DNA from: Terrimicrobiaceae bacterium
Lineage (GTDB): Bacteria; Verrucomicrobiota; Verrucomicrobiia; Chthoniobacterales; Terrimicrobiaceae
Direction: 5' to 3'
DNA length: 64,000 nucleotides
Assembly: GCA_041752695.1 (NCBI GenBank)
Contig: JBGSVZ010000047.1
Span: forward strand, 32,001 to 96,000
Shown: positions 28,668 through 42,200 of the stretch, piece by piece
Layout: each line of letters opens with the position of its first letter
Position numbering within the stretch: position 1 is the stretch's first letter
Made by a program: the position numbers and the translations under genes
Notes under the pieces: model-generated
Databases searched by the model: none
Seen by the model: the letters and a program-made list of their open reading frames with translations, nothing else
What the model was told of the DNA's origin: nothing

Positions 28668-29290
28668 TGAAAAAGCTCCTTTGCCTTCTCACTCTTATTG
28701 GCCTGACCGCTCACGCCCAGGAAGAGGTAAACCCGGTCGAGCAAAAGCTCCGCGAGGGCTTGCGTAATATTACGCTCCAGCTGCGCGAAGCCCAGAACCA
28801 GACCGCCGCCGCGCAGGCCGCCCAGGCCGAAAGCGAACGCAAGATCAAGGAACTCGAGTCCCGCGTGGAAACGCTCAACAAGCAGGCTGTGGCGGACCGA
28901 AATACCTCCGCCAACATGATCTCCGATCTGAAGACCCAGGTGCAGGAACAGGGGGCCGTTAATCAGGCCTATCTCGTCGCCGTGGCGAAATGGAAAAAGG
29001 CCTACACCGAGGTTACCGCCCTGGCGTCCAAGAAGGAAGCGGAGCGGGTCAAACTCGAAGCCAAAGCGGCCAAGCTCACCCAGCAGGTGGAGGACCAGAA
29101 AATGAAAAACATCGCCATGTTCAAAATGGGCATGGAAGTCCTCGACCGCTACGAAGCCTTCGGTCTCGGCGACGCCCTCCTTGCCCGCGAACCCTTCGTC
29201 GGAACCACCCGCGTAAAATTCCAGAACCTTGTCCAGGAATACGCCGACAAACTGGCCGACCAACGCATCAAACCACAGATCCAACCATGA
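28667..29290 (+). CDS. Exported coiled-coil protein
   Basis: Signal peptide MKKLLCLL...AHA-Q; heptad-rich; C-terminal REPFVG..RVKFQNLVQEY. Confidence 0.8.
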   Translation: MKKLLCLLTLIGLTAHAQEEVNPVEQKLREGLRNITLQLREAQNQTAAAQAAQAESERKIKELESRVETLNKQAVADRNTSANMISDLKTQVQEQGAVNQAYLVAVAKWKKAYTEVTALASKKEAERVKLEAKAAKLTQQVEDQKMKNIAMFKMGMEVLDRYEAFGLGDALLAREPFVGTTRVKFQNLVQEYADKLADQRIKPQIQP

Positions 29291-30192
29291 AAAAACCATC
29301 CCTTTATTCGCTCCTGCCCTGCGCCGCCCTTGGCCTCGGGCTCACCCTCACCGCCGCGCCCGCGGCTGACACCGACGTGATCGCGGAAGTCGGAACCCAG
29401 CCGGTTATTGCCGGCGAACTGGTCCCGTTCTTCGAAAATATCACCGCGACCCAAAAAGACGCTCTCAAACAAAACCCGGCCGCTCTCAATCAAACGGTCC
29501 GGCTTCTCCTCCTGCAAAAGGTTTTGCTCAAGGAAGCCGAGGCCTCGGGTTGGGAAAAGCAGCCCGAAGTGGCCGAGGAACTGGCCCGGCTCCGTCAGCG
29601 CGCCATCGCGGAAAGTTACCTTCGCACCGTCGCCAAGGTGCCAGACGGCTATCCCAGCGAATCGGAACTCAAAGCGTTCTACGAATCGCGCAAAGGCAGC
29701 CTTGTTGTGCCCCGCCAGTTCCAACTCGCGCAAATTTACCTCGCCAATCCGAAAGCGGCCGACAAGGCGACGGACGAGCAGGCTCGCGCCCAACTCGAAG
29801 CCGTTGGCAAAAAGCTGAAGGCAGCCGGGGCGGACTTTGCCGCCATCGCGCGCACCGAGAGCGAAGAGCCTCAGACGGCGGCCCGCGGCGGGGAGGTAGG
29901 CTGGGTGGCCGAAGCATCACTCCAACCGGAAATTCGGGCCAAACTCGGCGCGAAGGGTTCCGTGACCGATGCGATCCGCATGGGCGAGGGATATTATTTT
30001 ATCAAGGTTCTCGATGTGCGCGAATCCCGCACGCCGACCTTCGAAGAAGCCAAACCCCAACTGACCCAGGCGATGAAGACGGAACGCTTCAAGCAGAATC
30101 AGGAAGCGTATCTCGCCAAGCTCCAGCAGCAGAACCCGATGTCGATCAACGAACTGGCGCTCTCGAAGCTCCTCGATACTCCGAAACAATAG
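29287..30192 (+). CDS. PpiC/parvulin-type peptidyl-prolyl isomerase (SurA-like chaperone)
   Basis: LAQIY, DFAAIAR..SE and GGEVGW; ATGA overlap with the upstream gene. Confidence 0.88.
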   Translation: MKKPSLYSLLPCAALGLGLTLTAAPAADTDVIAEVGTQPVIAGELVPFFENITATQKDALKQNPAALNQTVRLLLLQKVLLKEAEASGWEKQPEVAEELARLRQRAIAESYLRTVAKVPDGYPSESELKAFYESRKGSLVVPRQFQLAQIYLANPKAADKATDEQARAQLEAVGKKLKAAGADFAAIARTESEEPQTAARGGEVGWVAEASLQPEIRAKLGAKGSVTDAIRMGEGYYFIKVLDVRESRTPTFEEAKPQLTQAMKTERFKQNQEAYLAKLQQQNPMSINELALSKLLDTPKQ

Positions 30193-30208
30193 CGTTCGCG
30201 CACCGCGG

Positions 30209-33200
30209 ATGGAAAAACAACCTTCGGTTTTGAGCCGGAGCGGTGGCCGGTCGGGGCGTTTTGCCCTGGCCCTGGCCGTCGCCGTCCTGGGCTGCGCCCT
30301 CAACGCGCCGTCCGGTGATATCCTGCGTGGTGGAGCCACCACCTCGGGAGCTCAACCCGGAGGGCGTCCGTCGTCCCCAGGCTCGGCCGCCGCAGCCACC
30401 GCCAACGCCAACGCGAAGGACCGCCTCGCCCGCACAACGCAGGCCATCACCTCGGTCCGGACCATGCAAACCTCGGCCGCTGCAGCCGTGGCCCCGCCCA
30501 ATGTGCCGAACGGTCTCCGTCCCGGCGGGCTCGTCGTAGCCACGGGTGCCAACGCCTTATGGCAGGGCGCCAAACCCGCGCAGAACCAGGGTTCCACCGT
30601 CTATATCAAGCAGACGGAATCTGAAGCCATCTTGCATTGGGAAACCTACAATGTCGGCGCTGGCACCACCGTCCGTTACGACCAGAGTTCCGGTGGCTCG
30701 GATTCCGGCGACTGGATTGCCTTCAACAAGGTCTTCGATCCGTCGGGCAAGCCGTCGCAGATCCTCGGCAACATCCAGGCCGAAGGTCAGGTGTACATCA
30801 TCAACCAAAACGGCATCATCTTCGGCGCAGGCAGCCAGGTGAACACCCGCACGCTGGTCGCGTCCTCCCTACCCATCAACGACAACCTCATCGAGTTGGG
30901 ACTGCTCAACAACCCGGATGCCCAATTCCTCTTTTCCGCCCTCCCGGTGCCAGGAAGTTCGTCCGGAACCCCGGAATTTGTGCCCGACCCGCCGGTCAAT
31001 GGGGTCATTGGCGACGTGGTTGTACAGGCCGGCGCACTGATTGAAAGCCCAGTCAATGCCGACGGCAATGGCGGTAGGGTCATGCTGGTAGGCCCCAATG
31101 TCACGAACGATGGCGTCATCTCCACGCCCAACGGTCAGACCATTCTCGCGGCGGGTCTGCAGGTTGGTATTGCCGCCCATGACACTAACGATCCTAGTCT
31201 GCGCGGTCTGGATGTCTGGATTGGCAGCGTGGGCAGCTACGAGGCGGCGGCCACTAACAACGGCATCATTGAAGCCCTGCAGGGCAACGTGACCATGGCC
31301 GGCAAAACGGTCAACCAGATGGGCATCATTAACAGTTCGACTGACGTGGATCTAAACGGGCGGGTTGACCTTAAGGCAAGTTATGGGGCAGTAGGGAATC
31401 CCTCTTATGACGACGTAGTGGGTTCCACCGCACCGGCATTCATCAATCAATTCACCGGCGAAGTCACTTTCGGGGAAAGCAGCGTAACGATGGTGCTGCC
31501 GAATTACGAAAGTACAAAAACCATTCCTGGATTGGAACTGCCCGAAAACTCTCAAATTAACGTCGAGGGCCTTGTTATCAATTTGAAGGCTAATTCCATC
31601 GTGCTGGCCCCGAGCGGTGACATCACCATGCGGGCGGGCACCTGGCCCTATGTGGATGTGGATGGCAACCGCACTACCGTCAACGCCAACGGCGGAGTCG
31701 GAAACTTGAACCAATTTCTTGATGGCTCGGGACAAAAGTTCCTCCTTTCCTCAGGGCAGATTTTCCTGGAACCCGGCGCCTTGGTGGACGCGACGGGCAC
31801 GACGGATGTTTTTGTGGCACTGACTCAGAGCCTTGCAGAAGTGCAACTTCGCGGTTTCGAATTGGCGGACTCTCCGTTGCAACGCGATGGCGAGATTCGC
31901 GGTATCTCGCTCATCGTGGATTTGCGGGTGACCGGCGATTATTACGGACGCACGTGGTATGGCACGCCCCTCGGTGACCTCTCCGGGGTGGTGGGATTGA
32001 TTCAGAGCAACGTCTCCCAGCTCACCACCTCCGGCGGAACGATCACCATGGAGGCAGGCGATGCGATCATTCTGCAGCCTGGATCGACGGTGGATGTCTC
32101 CGGCGGCTATTTTGTGTACGAAGGGGGCTACATCCAGACCACCCGGCTGGTGCGTGGTCCCAATATCATCGGTATTGAGGACGCCACGCCGAATGTGCTC
32201 TACGACGGCATCTACACCGGCAAATCCACCAGCACTTCGGAAAAATGGGGGGTCACTGAAGAGTACAGGCATCCGCTCGCTCCCCTCGGCGGCTACACCC
32301 AGCAGGGATACATTTCCGGAGCAAACGGCGGAACGATCAATTTGAACGCCCCGACGCTGGTGATGGGCGGCACCTTGCTTGGCAAGGTCGTGCAGGGACC
32401 GCGCCAGCAGGACGCCCCTCCGGAGGCGGGCAGTTTAAATTTGTCCTTCACGTCCGAACAGATGGACACCATCTCGCCCACCAATGTGAGCTTCCGCACG
32501 GTCTCTCCATTCCACCCAACGATCACGGTTACCAACGACGCGGTTACTCCGTCCTATGTGGGGTCGCTGGAAGATTTCCCGGTGGTGTTGGACGACACTT
32601 TGCGCACCGAGTTTCAGCTTTCGACCAAGCTTTACTCGGAAAGCGGGTTCGGTCACATCGAGATTGAAAACAGCGACGGCGATTTCATTGTGCCTGCGGG
32701 TGTGCCGATTAACGGGCCTCCGGGAGGTTCGCTGGTGGTCAGTGCCGCCAATGTTTCCGTGGCGAGTGACATTGTCTTTCCGGGCGGTGATATTTCGTTC
32801 ACCGCCTACAATTCCTCGCCTTACGAAGCTCAGAGCCCTTTCATCATACCCGGGCCAGTCCCTCTGCCCGATCCCGAGCGCGGCATCATTTCCGTGGAAA
32901 AGGGGATCACTCTCAATGTGGCAGGCTTAATTGTGGATGAACGCCGCACTTCCCAACAGGCACCGGGTCAGGCCCGCGTGCTGGACGGTGGTTCGGTGAC
33001 CCTGGAGGCCTATTCCATTTTCCTTGGGGAGGGCAGCCGGATCACCGCCTCCGGCGGCGTGCTGGCCGACGCGGCGGGCGACTTTTCTTACGGAGACGGT
33101 GGCGACATCGCCCTGCTGGCCGGCAAAGATCCCGGTATTCCCGCTATTTTCGGAGGGGAACTCGACATCATGAATGCGTCGCTGGAAAGCTACTCAGTGA

Positions 33201-36200
33201 CCAAGGGCGGATCCCTCAGTATCCAGGCCCAATTGATTCAAATTGGTGGTGCCTCCAACAACCCGGATGCCTTTGTGGTGCAGCCGGAATTTTTCACCAA
33301 AGGCGGCTTTACCAGCTACTCGCTGGCGGGTATCGGCGGTCGCAACCCCGACGGCACCTACATTCCCGCGGTGCGTTTGGTCGCAGGCACTGTCATCGAG
33401 CCCGTGTCGGAAACCTGGGTGGTCAGCCCGTATGCATCCGGCCCCGGAGATCTTGCCCTTACCCCGTACCTCAAACCGGTGGGATTACGCCCGCCCACCA
33501 GCATCGAGCTCGTAGGTTTGGGCGGAGACGATCCTTTTGTGGGCCCGGATGGCGTGGATAATATCGACGCGCTCGGTCTCGTGGTGCTTGAGGAGGGCTC
33601 GAAAATTTTGACCGATCCTGGCGCCAGCGTCACAATTGACGGAGAGTTGGTCGCGGTGCTCGGAACGATCAGCGCCCCGGGAGGTTTTATCGAAATTTCC
33701 GGCGGCAGCAGCTATCCGCTGACCTCGACGCAGGAGGCCGCCGAAGTCTTCGCGCTGCCCACGGTTTACATTGGGCCAAACGCCCACATTTCCGCGGCCG
33801 GGACGGTGGTCTACCTGCCTGATCCCTATGGCCGCCAATCGGGCATTGTCTATCCCGGTGGCACCATCAGCGTTTCTGGCAATATCGTCGCGGAAGCGGG
33901 GGCAGTGCTCGATGTCTCGGGCGCCTCGGCGGTCCTGGACTTTCATCCCACTCGCCTGGGGACGAGCTATTACCAATCTGTTCCCCTCAACAGCGGACTC
34001 ACGGCCGCACCTTGGGGACGCCTGGGCGTGCCTGTCCAGGTGGACAGCAATGGCGGCCTCATCGAACTGCACGGGTCTCAGATGTTGTATTCTGATGCGA
34101 CTCTGCTCGGGCGAGCGGGCGGCCCGGCGGCGAACGGTGGCATGCTCTCAATTTCGTCGGGACGGTTTTACGCGGCTGGTTCGGACCGCACCAACGCCGA
34201 TATCAATCTGGTGGTCGAACAAACCGGCAACGCCTTTGCTTTCGGCTCTGTTTCGACCTTTGGAAATATCGTGACGCTGATGGCGGGCGGAACGGACATC
34301 AATGCGTTGTTTGCGGGAGGAATTGAGAACACTGGCATTGGGTATTTTGCGGCGGACACGTTTGCGGCAGGAGGATTTGACTCCCTCGACCTTGGCTTCG
34401 AATATTATCCCACCGCGAGCCCCTTGCCCTACGGCGGCAACGTGCAATTCCTGGGGCCGGTCACCATCAACGCCCGGGGATCATTGCGCGTAGCGGCTGG
34501 CGGTGTGATTCAAGCCGATTCGCCCGTTGTCCTCTCCGCGCCCTACGTGGCCATCGGCCAGGAATTTCCGGAGCCCCTCAATCCGGATGACCCCTTTGTG
34601 CCCTTCCAACAATTCGTGGCCGGCACTCCATCGCCTTATTTCCTCCCTCCCACGTCCGGCCCTGCAACTTTGACCGTCAACGCGAGTCTCATCGACATCG
34701 GCACGGTCTCCCTCCAAGGCATCAGTTCGGCTGATCTCCTCGCCGTGGGCGGAGAAATTCGGGGCAATGGGAGCTTCAATATTGCTGGCGATCTTGTTCT
34801 CAACGCCGCACAAATTTATCCCGTCACCCTGGCCAGCTTCGGCATCTATGCGTATGACCCAAATATCCTCATTGCCTCCAGCCTTCTTAGCAGTCCGGTC
34901 GTAACGCTGGCTTCGTCCGTTCTGCCTCCGGGGTTCGGCGTGGGATCGCCGCTCCTGGGTTCCACGGTGGTTAGTATTGTGGATACGGAAGTGACATTGG
35001 CCGGGAACGCCAATGCTGCGCTGACCAATCAACTCGCCGTCTTTGATCCGGGTGGCGGATCGGTGACCGTCGTTGGCTCCGGTCAACGTCCGCTGCCTCT
35101 CTCGGCGGGAGGCTCCCTGGGGATCTATGCCTCCACCATCACGCAAGGGGGAACGCTGGTTGCTCCGCTCGGCTCAATCACGCTCGGTTGGGATGGCACC
35201 GATTTGGATCCGACCGATGCCGATTTGGACCAACCCCTTAATCCCGTGGTCGGTGCGGCCCTGGCAATTCCCACGGCGGAGTTGGTCACGCTGTCGGCGG
35301 GCAGTGTCACTTCGGTCTCGGCGATCGACCCGATGACGGGAGAGGGGATTCTGATTCCATTTGGCCTCAGTCCCGACGGCTCGACGTGGATCGATCCCCG
35401 GGGGGTCAATGTGACTATTTCGGGCCTGCCCGAAAAGGGCGTTTCGATCGGCGGCAATTCTGTGGTGATGGAAGCGGGTTCGGTGATCGACGTCCGGGGC
35501 GGCGGCGATCTTCTGGCTTACCGGTGGGTGCCCGGAAATGGCGGCAGTGTTGATATTCTCGGTTCCGCCTCCTCGGTCTGGTCTGGGGGCTCGTCTTACA
35601 GCTCGGGTGACCTGGTTTATTACGAGGGTCAAACGTGGTCTGCTCGCGTCGCCATTGATCCCAGCGATTTTGTGAACCCGCCCGAGCCGGAGTCCGGCAC
35701 CTATTGGGCGCTCGTTCCTCAGTCCTACGCGGTCGTTCCAGGATACGGCTCGACTTATGCGCCGATCAACTCGTTCAACACTGGGGAGAATTCCGGCGCT
35801 TTGGAAGGTGATCCAGGTTACGTCTCGGCAAATCTGGCTTTGGGTCAGCAGGTTTATCTGGAGGACAGCCCCGGCCTTCCGGCGGGATATTACACGTTGC
35901 TGCCTTCGCGTTATGCGCTCCTGCCTGGTGCGTTTCTTGTGACCCCGCAGGATAGCGGACTGGTTCCGAGCGCGGAAATTGCCGGGTTTGGCGGAAGAAC
36001 CACCGAAGAGGGCGCGACATTTGTCTTTGGCTTCAGCCAGAATGCGCTCAACCCCACCTCCGCGCCATCCGTGCCAACTCAGTTTGAAGTTTTGCCGCCC
36101 GCGGTGGTGGCGGGCCGCGCGGAATACGAACTTTACACGGCCAATTCTTTCCTCGCCGAGGCCGCCGTGCGCTTGGACGCACCGGAACTTCAGCAACTCC

Positions 36201-39200
36201 CGCGCGACTCGGGGAGCGTGGCTTTCTCCGGCAACTCGGCTTTGGTTTTGGAGGGCATGGTACTTACGGAAGCGGCGCAAGGCGGACGAGGGGCTTCCAT
36301 TGATATCGCAAGCTTTGCCGATATCTACGTGGTGGGCGGCAGCGGCGAGGCTCCGGATGGAGCCACTGTGGTGCTGAACTCGGCATTGATCAGCTCCTGG
36401 GGCGCGGAAAGCCTGCTGATCGGCGGCCTGCGCTATGAAACAACGGACGGCGTGCAGGTGGATGTGCGTACCGACAATCTCGTAGTGGACAACCGGGGCA
36501 GTTCGCTGATGGGCTCCGACATTATTTTGGTTTCGAATGAGGCCCTCACCGTAACGGAAGGTTCGTCCATTGTCTCCACCCGGGCCGGAACGCAGCCTGT
36601 TGAAACCTTGCTGCTCGATGGGAATGGCGCCCTGTTGCGGGTGAGCGCCAATCCCGATACGGCAATTCTGCGCAGCGACGTGACCGTCGGCCCCGGACCT
36701 ATTCTGACCATCGGAGCGGGCGCGGAGATCTCCGGCATTTCTGTCATTCTTGATTCCACCTATGCGACGGATATCGACCCGGAGGCTAATATCGATGCCA
36801 TCGCCCTGCAACTGGGCAGCGGCCAGATCAGCATCATCCTGAGCGAGCCGGCCGGTGGACTCACTGGGTCGATAATCGATCCGCATCTTGTCCTGACCGG
36901 CGACCTTCTGGCCGACGCGCAAGACTCTCGATTCCTGACTCTACTGAGTTACACCAGCATCGATGTGTACGGTGCCGGCGCTTTTGGTGGCACGGGCTTG
37001 CGGGAACTGGAACTCATCTCCGGGGGGATTCGGGGTTACGAGCAGGGAACCGGCAGCGCAATCTTCACGGCCGGCACTGTGCGCTTCGATAATCCCGTCG
37101 ATATCGCCGGGTTGCCTGCTCCCCAGGGCCCTCTTTCCGGCACGCTTCAGTTTGACGCTTCGACCATCCGTTTTGGGTCCAACGATTTCACTGTGGCGGG
37201 GTATCAAAGCCTGATTATGAATGCGCCGGGGGGCGTGTTGAGCGAGGGCATTGGAACATTTGCCACTGCGGGAGACCTGGCAATCTACACGCCGTTGATC
37301 ACCGGGGTGGAAGGAAGCAGTCAATCGATCACAGCGGGCGGGAACCTGCTCCTAGAGACCCTGGAAGGGGAGTCCAAACTTAAACCGGGATTGGGCGCAG
37401 CCCTGACCTTCACCGGTGCCGAGATCGTGGCAAACACCACGATTCTCTTGCCTAGCGGTCTGCTTAAACTCAACGCCCTGACAGGAGATCTTACGGTCGG
37501 CGGTGAGTTGAACGTCGAGGGTAGCGCCCAGGACTTTTATGATGTGACCCGCTACGCCAATGCCGGTGGGATTGAACTCTCGTCCACTCTGGGGGACGTC
37601 ACTTTGTTGGAAGGCAGTGTGATCTCCGTCGCAGCTCACCCGGACGGCGGGGATGCCGGGGCCTTGATGATTCGCGCTCCCGGCGGGGCTTTTGTTTCCC
37701 TGGGAAGTCTTTCGGGCAGTGCCGGGGAGGGAGGTCTGTCTGGCAGGTTCCTCCTGGATGCCGGGGTTATAGCTGCCTTTGATGACCTCAATATCGAACT
37801 CGACGAAGCCGGATTTTTTGAAGAACGCGCATTCCGTGCCCGCACTGGTGACATCACGGTCGCGGGCGAGATCCACGCCCGGAATTTTTCGCTGGCGACG
37901 GACGCCGGCAGCATTCTGGTCACCGGTCTGATCGACGCCTCCGGCGTGACGGGCGGCAGTATTTCGTTGGTCGCCCAGGGCAGCCTCACTCTGGCTCCGA
38001 CCGCGATCCTGACCGTCGCCGCCGAAGAATTCAGCAATGCCGGAAAGGGAGGGCAGATCACGCTTGAAGCTGGCGCCCCGGTCAACGGTGTCACGAACCC
38101 GCTCGCCCTGCTAGATCTTCAGGCCGGATCGCTGATCGACCTCACCGTCGCGGACTATGTCGCAGGAGAGTACACCACCCCGGGATCGAGCGCGTTTTAC
38201 GGTCAGTTTACCGGCGAACTGCATCTACGCGCGCCTCGCACGGCTGACGGCACGGGCGTGTTTGTGAATCCGATTGCATCCACGGTGAATGGTGCATCGA
38301 GCATTCTGGTTGAAGCGGTCAAAGTTTACGATGTCTCCGCCACCAGCGGATCCCTCACCTCGGTGGATGCGTTCCCCGGTGCGATCACGGTGGCCACGGT
38401 GGCCGATTCGAGTGCGGTCTCCTTCACGGCAGGGACCACGGGTGCACAGCGGGTTCGCTTGTCGGTTGCGGGTTCAGCTTATGTTCCGGCCGGACCGGCC
38501 AGTTTTGCCCTGCTCAACACGCAATCCATTACCTTCCCCGCGGGCACCAACGACGTGACGACCGTACAGACTACTGTGGCGGCGACCATCACGCTGCCCG
38601 ATAACTCCACCATTCCTCTCGCCGCTAATACTCCGGTAACTCTTGCTCCGGGCTCGAAGATTACTCTGGGCTCATCGGGCTCCGTGCAGTTGATAGGCGG
38701 GACAGAGCAGGCGGTGATCGCTATTCCCGCCCTCGCCAACGTCCAGGTCCCGGCCGGCTCGCTCGTCAGCCTCAACGGGGCGGGAACCATCACGCGCACA
38801 GGCGGCGGAACGTTGGTGGCTTCCATGGGAGTGCGTGAAGGGATCCACGCTGACAACCTCGCGTTCCTCGGACAGGGCGGCCAGGCAGCCACGCCAGCAT
38901 ACGCAGCGATGCAGGCTTCTCTCCTGAGTGCGCAACCAGGCCTCGAATCGGTGCTGGTCATCGCCCCCGGGGTGGAAATCATCAACCCGACGGGCGACCT
39001 GATTTTGGGGCTGCCCAATCAGACCGGCTCGACCAATTCCGGTGCTCTGGCGGCGGCGGATTGGGATTTGTCAGGTTGGCGTTACGGTCCCGACGCCGCT
39101 CCCGGCGTGCTGACCCTGCGTGCCCAAGGCGATCTGGTTTTTAACAATACACTGAGCGACGGATTCACCCCGATTGCACAAGGCACGGCCCAGAATTTTG

Positions 39201-42200
39201 CCGACATCGGTCATTCGCAAATGTGGCTGGCTCCCTTGATGTCCATCAACGAGGCGCTTCCTGTTAATTCCCAGTCCTGGAGTTACCGTCTTACGGCCGG
39301 TTCCGATTTTTCCGCAGCAGGCTATCAGGAGGTGCTCACGCCCGAGGAGTTGGCGCTTCTTCAACCGGGCAAGGGTTCCGTTTTGGTTGGCGAGTTTTTC
39401 TCCTCGCCGGTTCCCAATCCTTTGACTTCCGGGGGCTCCGCCGCCGTTGGCAGCGGCGGCCAGACCGCGGACACCATTCGAATCTCCACGACCACCACAA
39501 ATCAAGGCACGCGCTACGAGGTCATTCGGACCGGCACGGGTGACATCGATGTGAGCGCAGGCCTGGACGTGCAACTGCGAAATCCTTTCGCCACGATTTA
39601 TACGGCTGGTGTCGGACTACCTGACCGCACGACCATCTTTCAGACCGGAGATTTCTTCGTGCCGATCACCGTGCGGACAACCACGCAACACCCGAGCCAG
39701 GGTAATCTGGGTGCCATCCAACAGAATTATGGAGCCTATTACGCGATGGCCGGCGGCGATCTTGCGGTCTCCGCTCAAAACGACATCGGCCGGTTCACCT
39801 TCTACCAAGGACAAATCATCCCCGACGCCAGTAATCAGATTCCGACCAACTGGCTTTATCGCCGCGGTCTCGTTGATTCTGCGACCGGGCAGTTTGACGA
39901 TATCGTCATTCCCGGGGCTTCCCTCGGCTCCATTACCGACCCGTCGGCTTCGACCACCTGGTGGATCGACTATAGTAATTTCTTCCAAGGTTTCGGAGCG
40001 CTTGGTGGTGGCGACATCGCTCTCGAGGCTGGTAATGACATTGTCAATGCCGACGCGGTGATTCCGACGAACGCGAGAATGGCGGGCATCGATCCCCTGA
40101 CCGGCCAGAACCTGGCACCATCCGTGGACAACCTTCAGGAACTGGGAGGAGGCGATCTGCTGGTGCGGGCCGGAGGCAACATCGATGGCGGAAACTTTTA
40201 TGTGGAACGCGGATCCGGCCGTCTCGATGCCGGAGCGGAGATCACCACAAACGCCGCCCAATCCCCATCGCGCGGCATTCTCTCCACTGGCGGAAACCCC
40301 GAGCTGATCCTTGACCCCCTCACCTGGCAGGCCGTCACGCTCTATGGGGGACGTGCGAATTTCGACGTGACCGCTCGGGGCAACATTTTGCTCGGCCCGG
40401 CCACGAGCGCCTTTTTCCTGCCGCAGGGCCTCAACAATAAGTTTTGGTACAAGTCCCAGTTCCAGACGACCGGGGAGGAGTCCGGGGTGGAAGTCACCTC
40501 CCTCGGAGGCAGTGTGACCCACCGACTTGGCCTCACTCTACCCGGACAGAATCTGGTGCTTCCGACCCTCGCTGTGGCCTACCAACAAGCCGCTCCCTTG
40601 AATATTGGTGGCTCAGGGTACTATCAGCCATGGACGCGCTTGTCGGAAACTCAGATCCAAAATTTCAACACCATGGCTACGGTTTCCCTGCCGGTCCTGC
40701 AAAGCACCGCGTTCGGGGGCTCCATCAATATTGTGGGAACTCTCAATCTCTTTCCTTCACCGGTGGGAGGGTTGGAACTCGTGGCTTCTGAGGGGATTGT
40801 CGGCCTTAACCCTACAGGGGTCACACAGACGACGGTAAATGGTTCCGTCGTCGCCGTCACCGCGTGGGCCACGGCCAGCATCAATCTCTCCGATGCCGAT
40901 CCGGATAGAATCCCCTCCGTTGGCACGCCTTTGGGCTTCCAGCAGGTCATTGGCACGGGCGACATATCCACCGTCCGGGACAGCCCGATTGATCCCCTGG
41001 GCTCTGTCTCGCCGTTGTTCCAGGAAACCGGGGCGTATACCGGCATCGCCGGCACGATTGACGTGCAGACCGCGCTCCACGCCTCGACGCCCCTGCACGC
41101 CAACGATCCCAACCCCCTGCGGCTCTATGCGGCGGGCGGAGACATCACCGGGGTGACATTGTATTCACCCAAACAGTCCCTGATTTATGCGGAGGAGGAC
41201 ATTACGGATATCGCCTTCTACCTCCAAAACACGGGTGACGGCGATGTCTCCATCGTCTCCGCAGGAAGGGACGTTATCCCCTACAACGAAAACTCTCCGC
41301 TCCGGGCGACGGCGGGCGACATTAGCCAGTTTAACCTCATCGTGGATCCGTTTAAGGATACCGTGGTGCGGGACGCGAACAATCAACCGGTCCAGACTCA
41401 GGCTCTGGCGGGCGATATTCAGATTGGCGGACCCGGAACCTTGGAGGTCCTCGCGGGCCGCAATGTGGATCTGGGTGGCGGGGCGAATTTCACCGATGGC
41501 ACCAGTGTGGGCATCACGAGCATCGGGCGGTCGCGCAACCCTTTCCTGCCCTTCGCTGGGGCTGATCTCGTGGTTGTTGCCGGTGTGGGTGGCCCGGATG
41601 GAGGTCCAGCCCTTGGACTGGCGGGAAGCTCCCTGGACTTCACACAATTTATCGAAACCTATGTCGCCGAGGGAGGTCAGCTGCCCGGGGAAGTGGATTT
41701 CGAGACTCTCACCCCCGAGCAGCAGGCGCTCGTCGCACTGGATGTGCTTTTCGGCATCCTGCAAGATGCGGCCACAAGCCAGGAATACGAAGAAGCCCTG
41801 GCGGCCGTGGGCATTCTGGCGAACGCCACCTATGAGGGCGAGATCCTCACCCAGGCTCGCGATATTCGCACAGTCAGTGGGGGATCGATTACGATGTTGG
41901 CTCCGGGCGGCGGCTTGACCTTGGCTGAGGATATCTTCGGCAATCCCCAAACTCCTCCAGGTATTGTGACGGAATTCGGCGGCGAGGTTAACATCCTGGT
42001 GGATGGGGATGTGGACATCGGCCAGGCCCGAATCTTTACTCTGCGCGGCGGCGATTTGACCATCTGGTCCACCACGGGAGGCATTGCAGCCGGGAGCGCG
42101 CCGAAGACTGTGGTGACCGCTCCTCCGACTCGCGTGATTATTGATGCGACAAGCGCTGACGTTGAAACTGACCTCGGCGGTCTCGCCACGGGCGGCGGCA

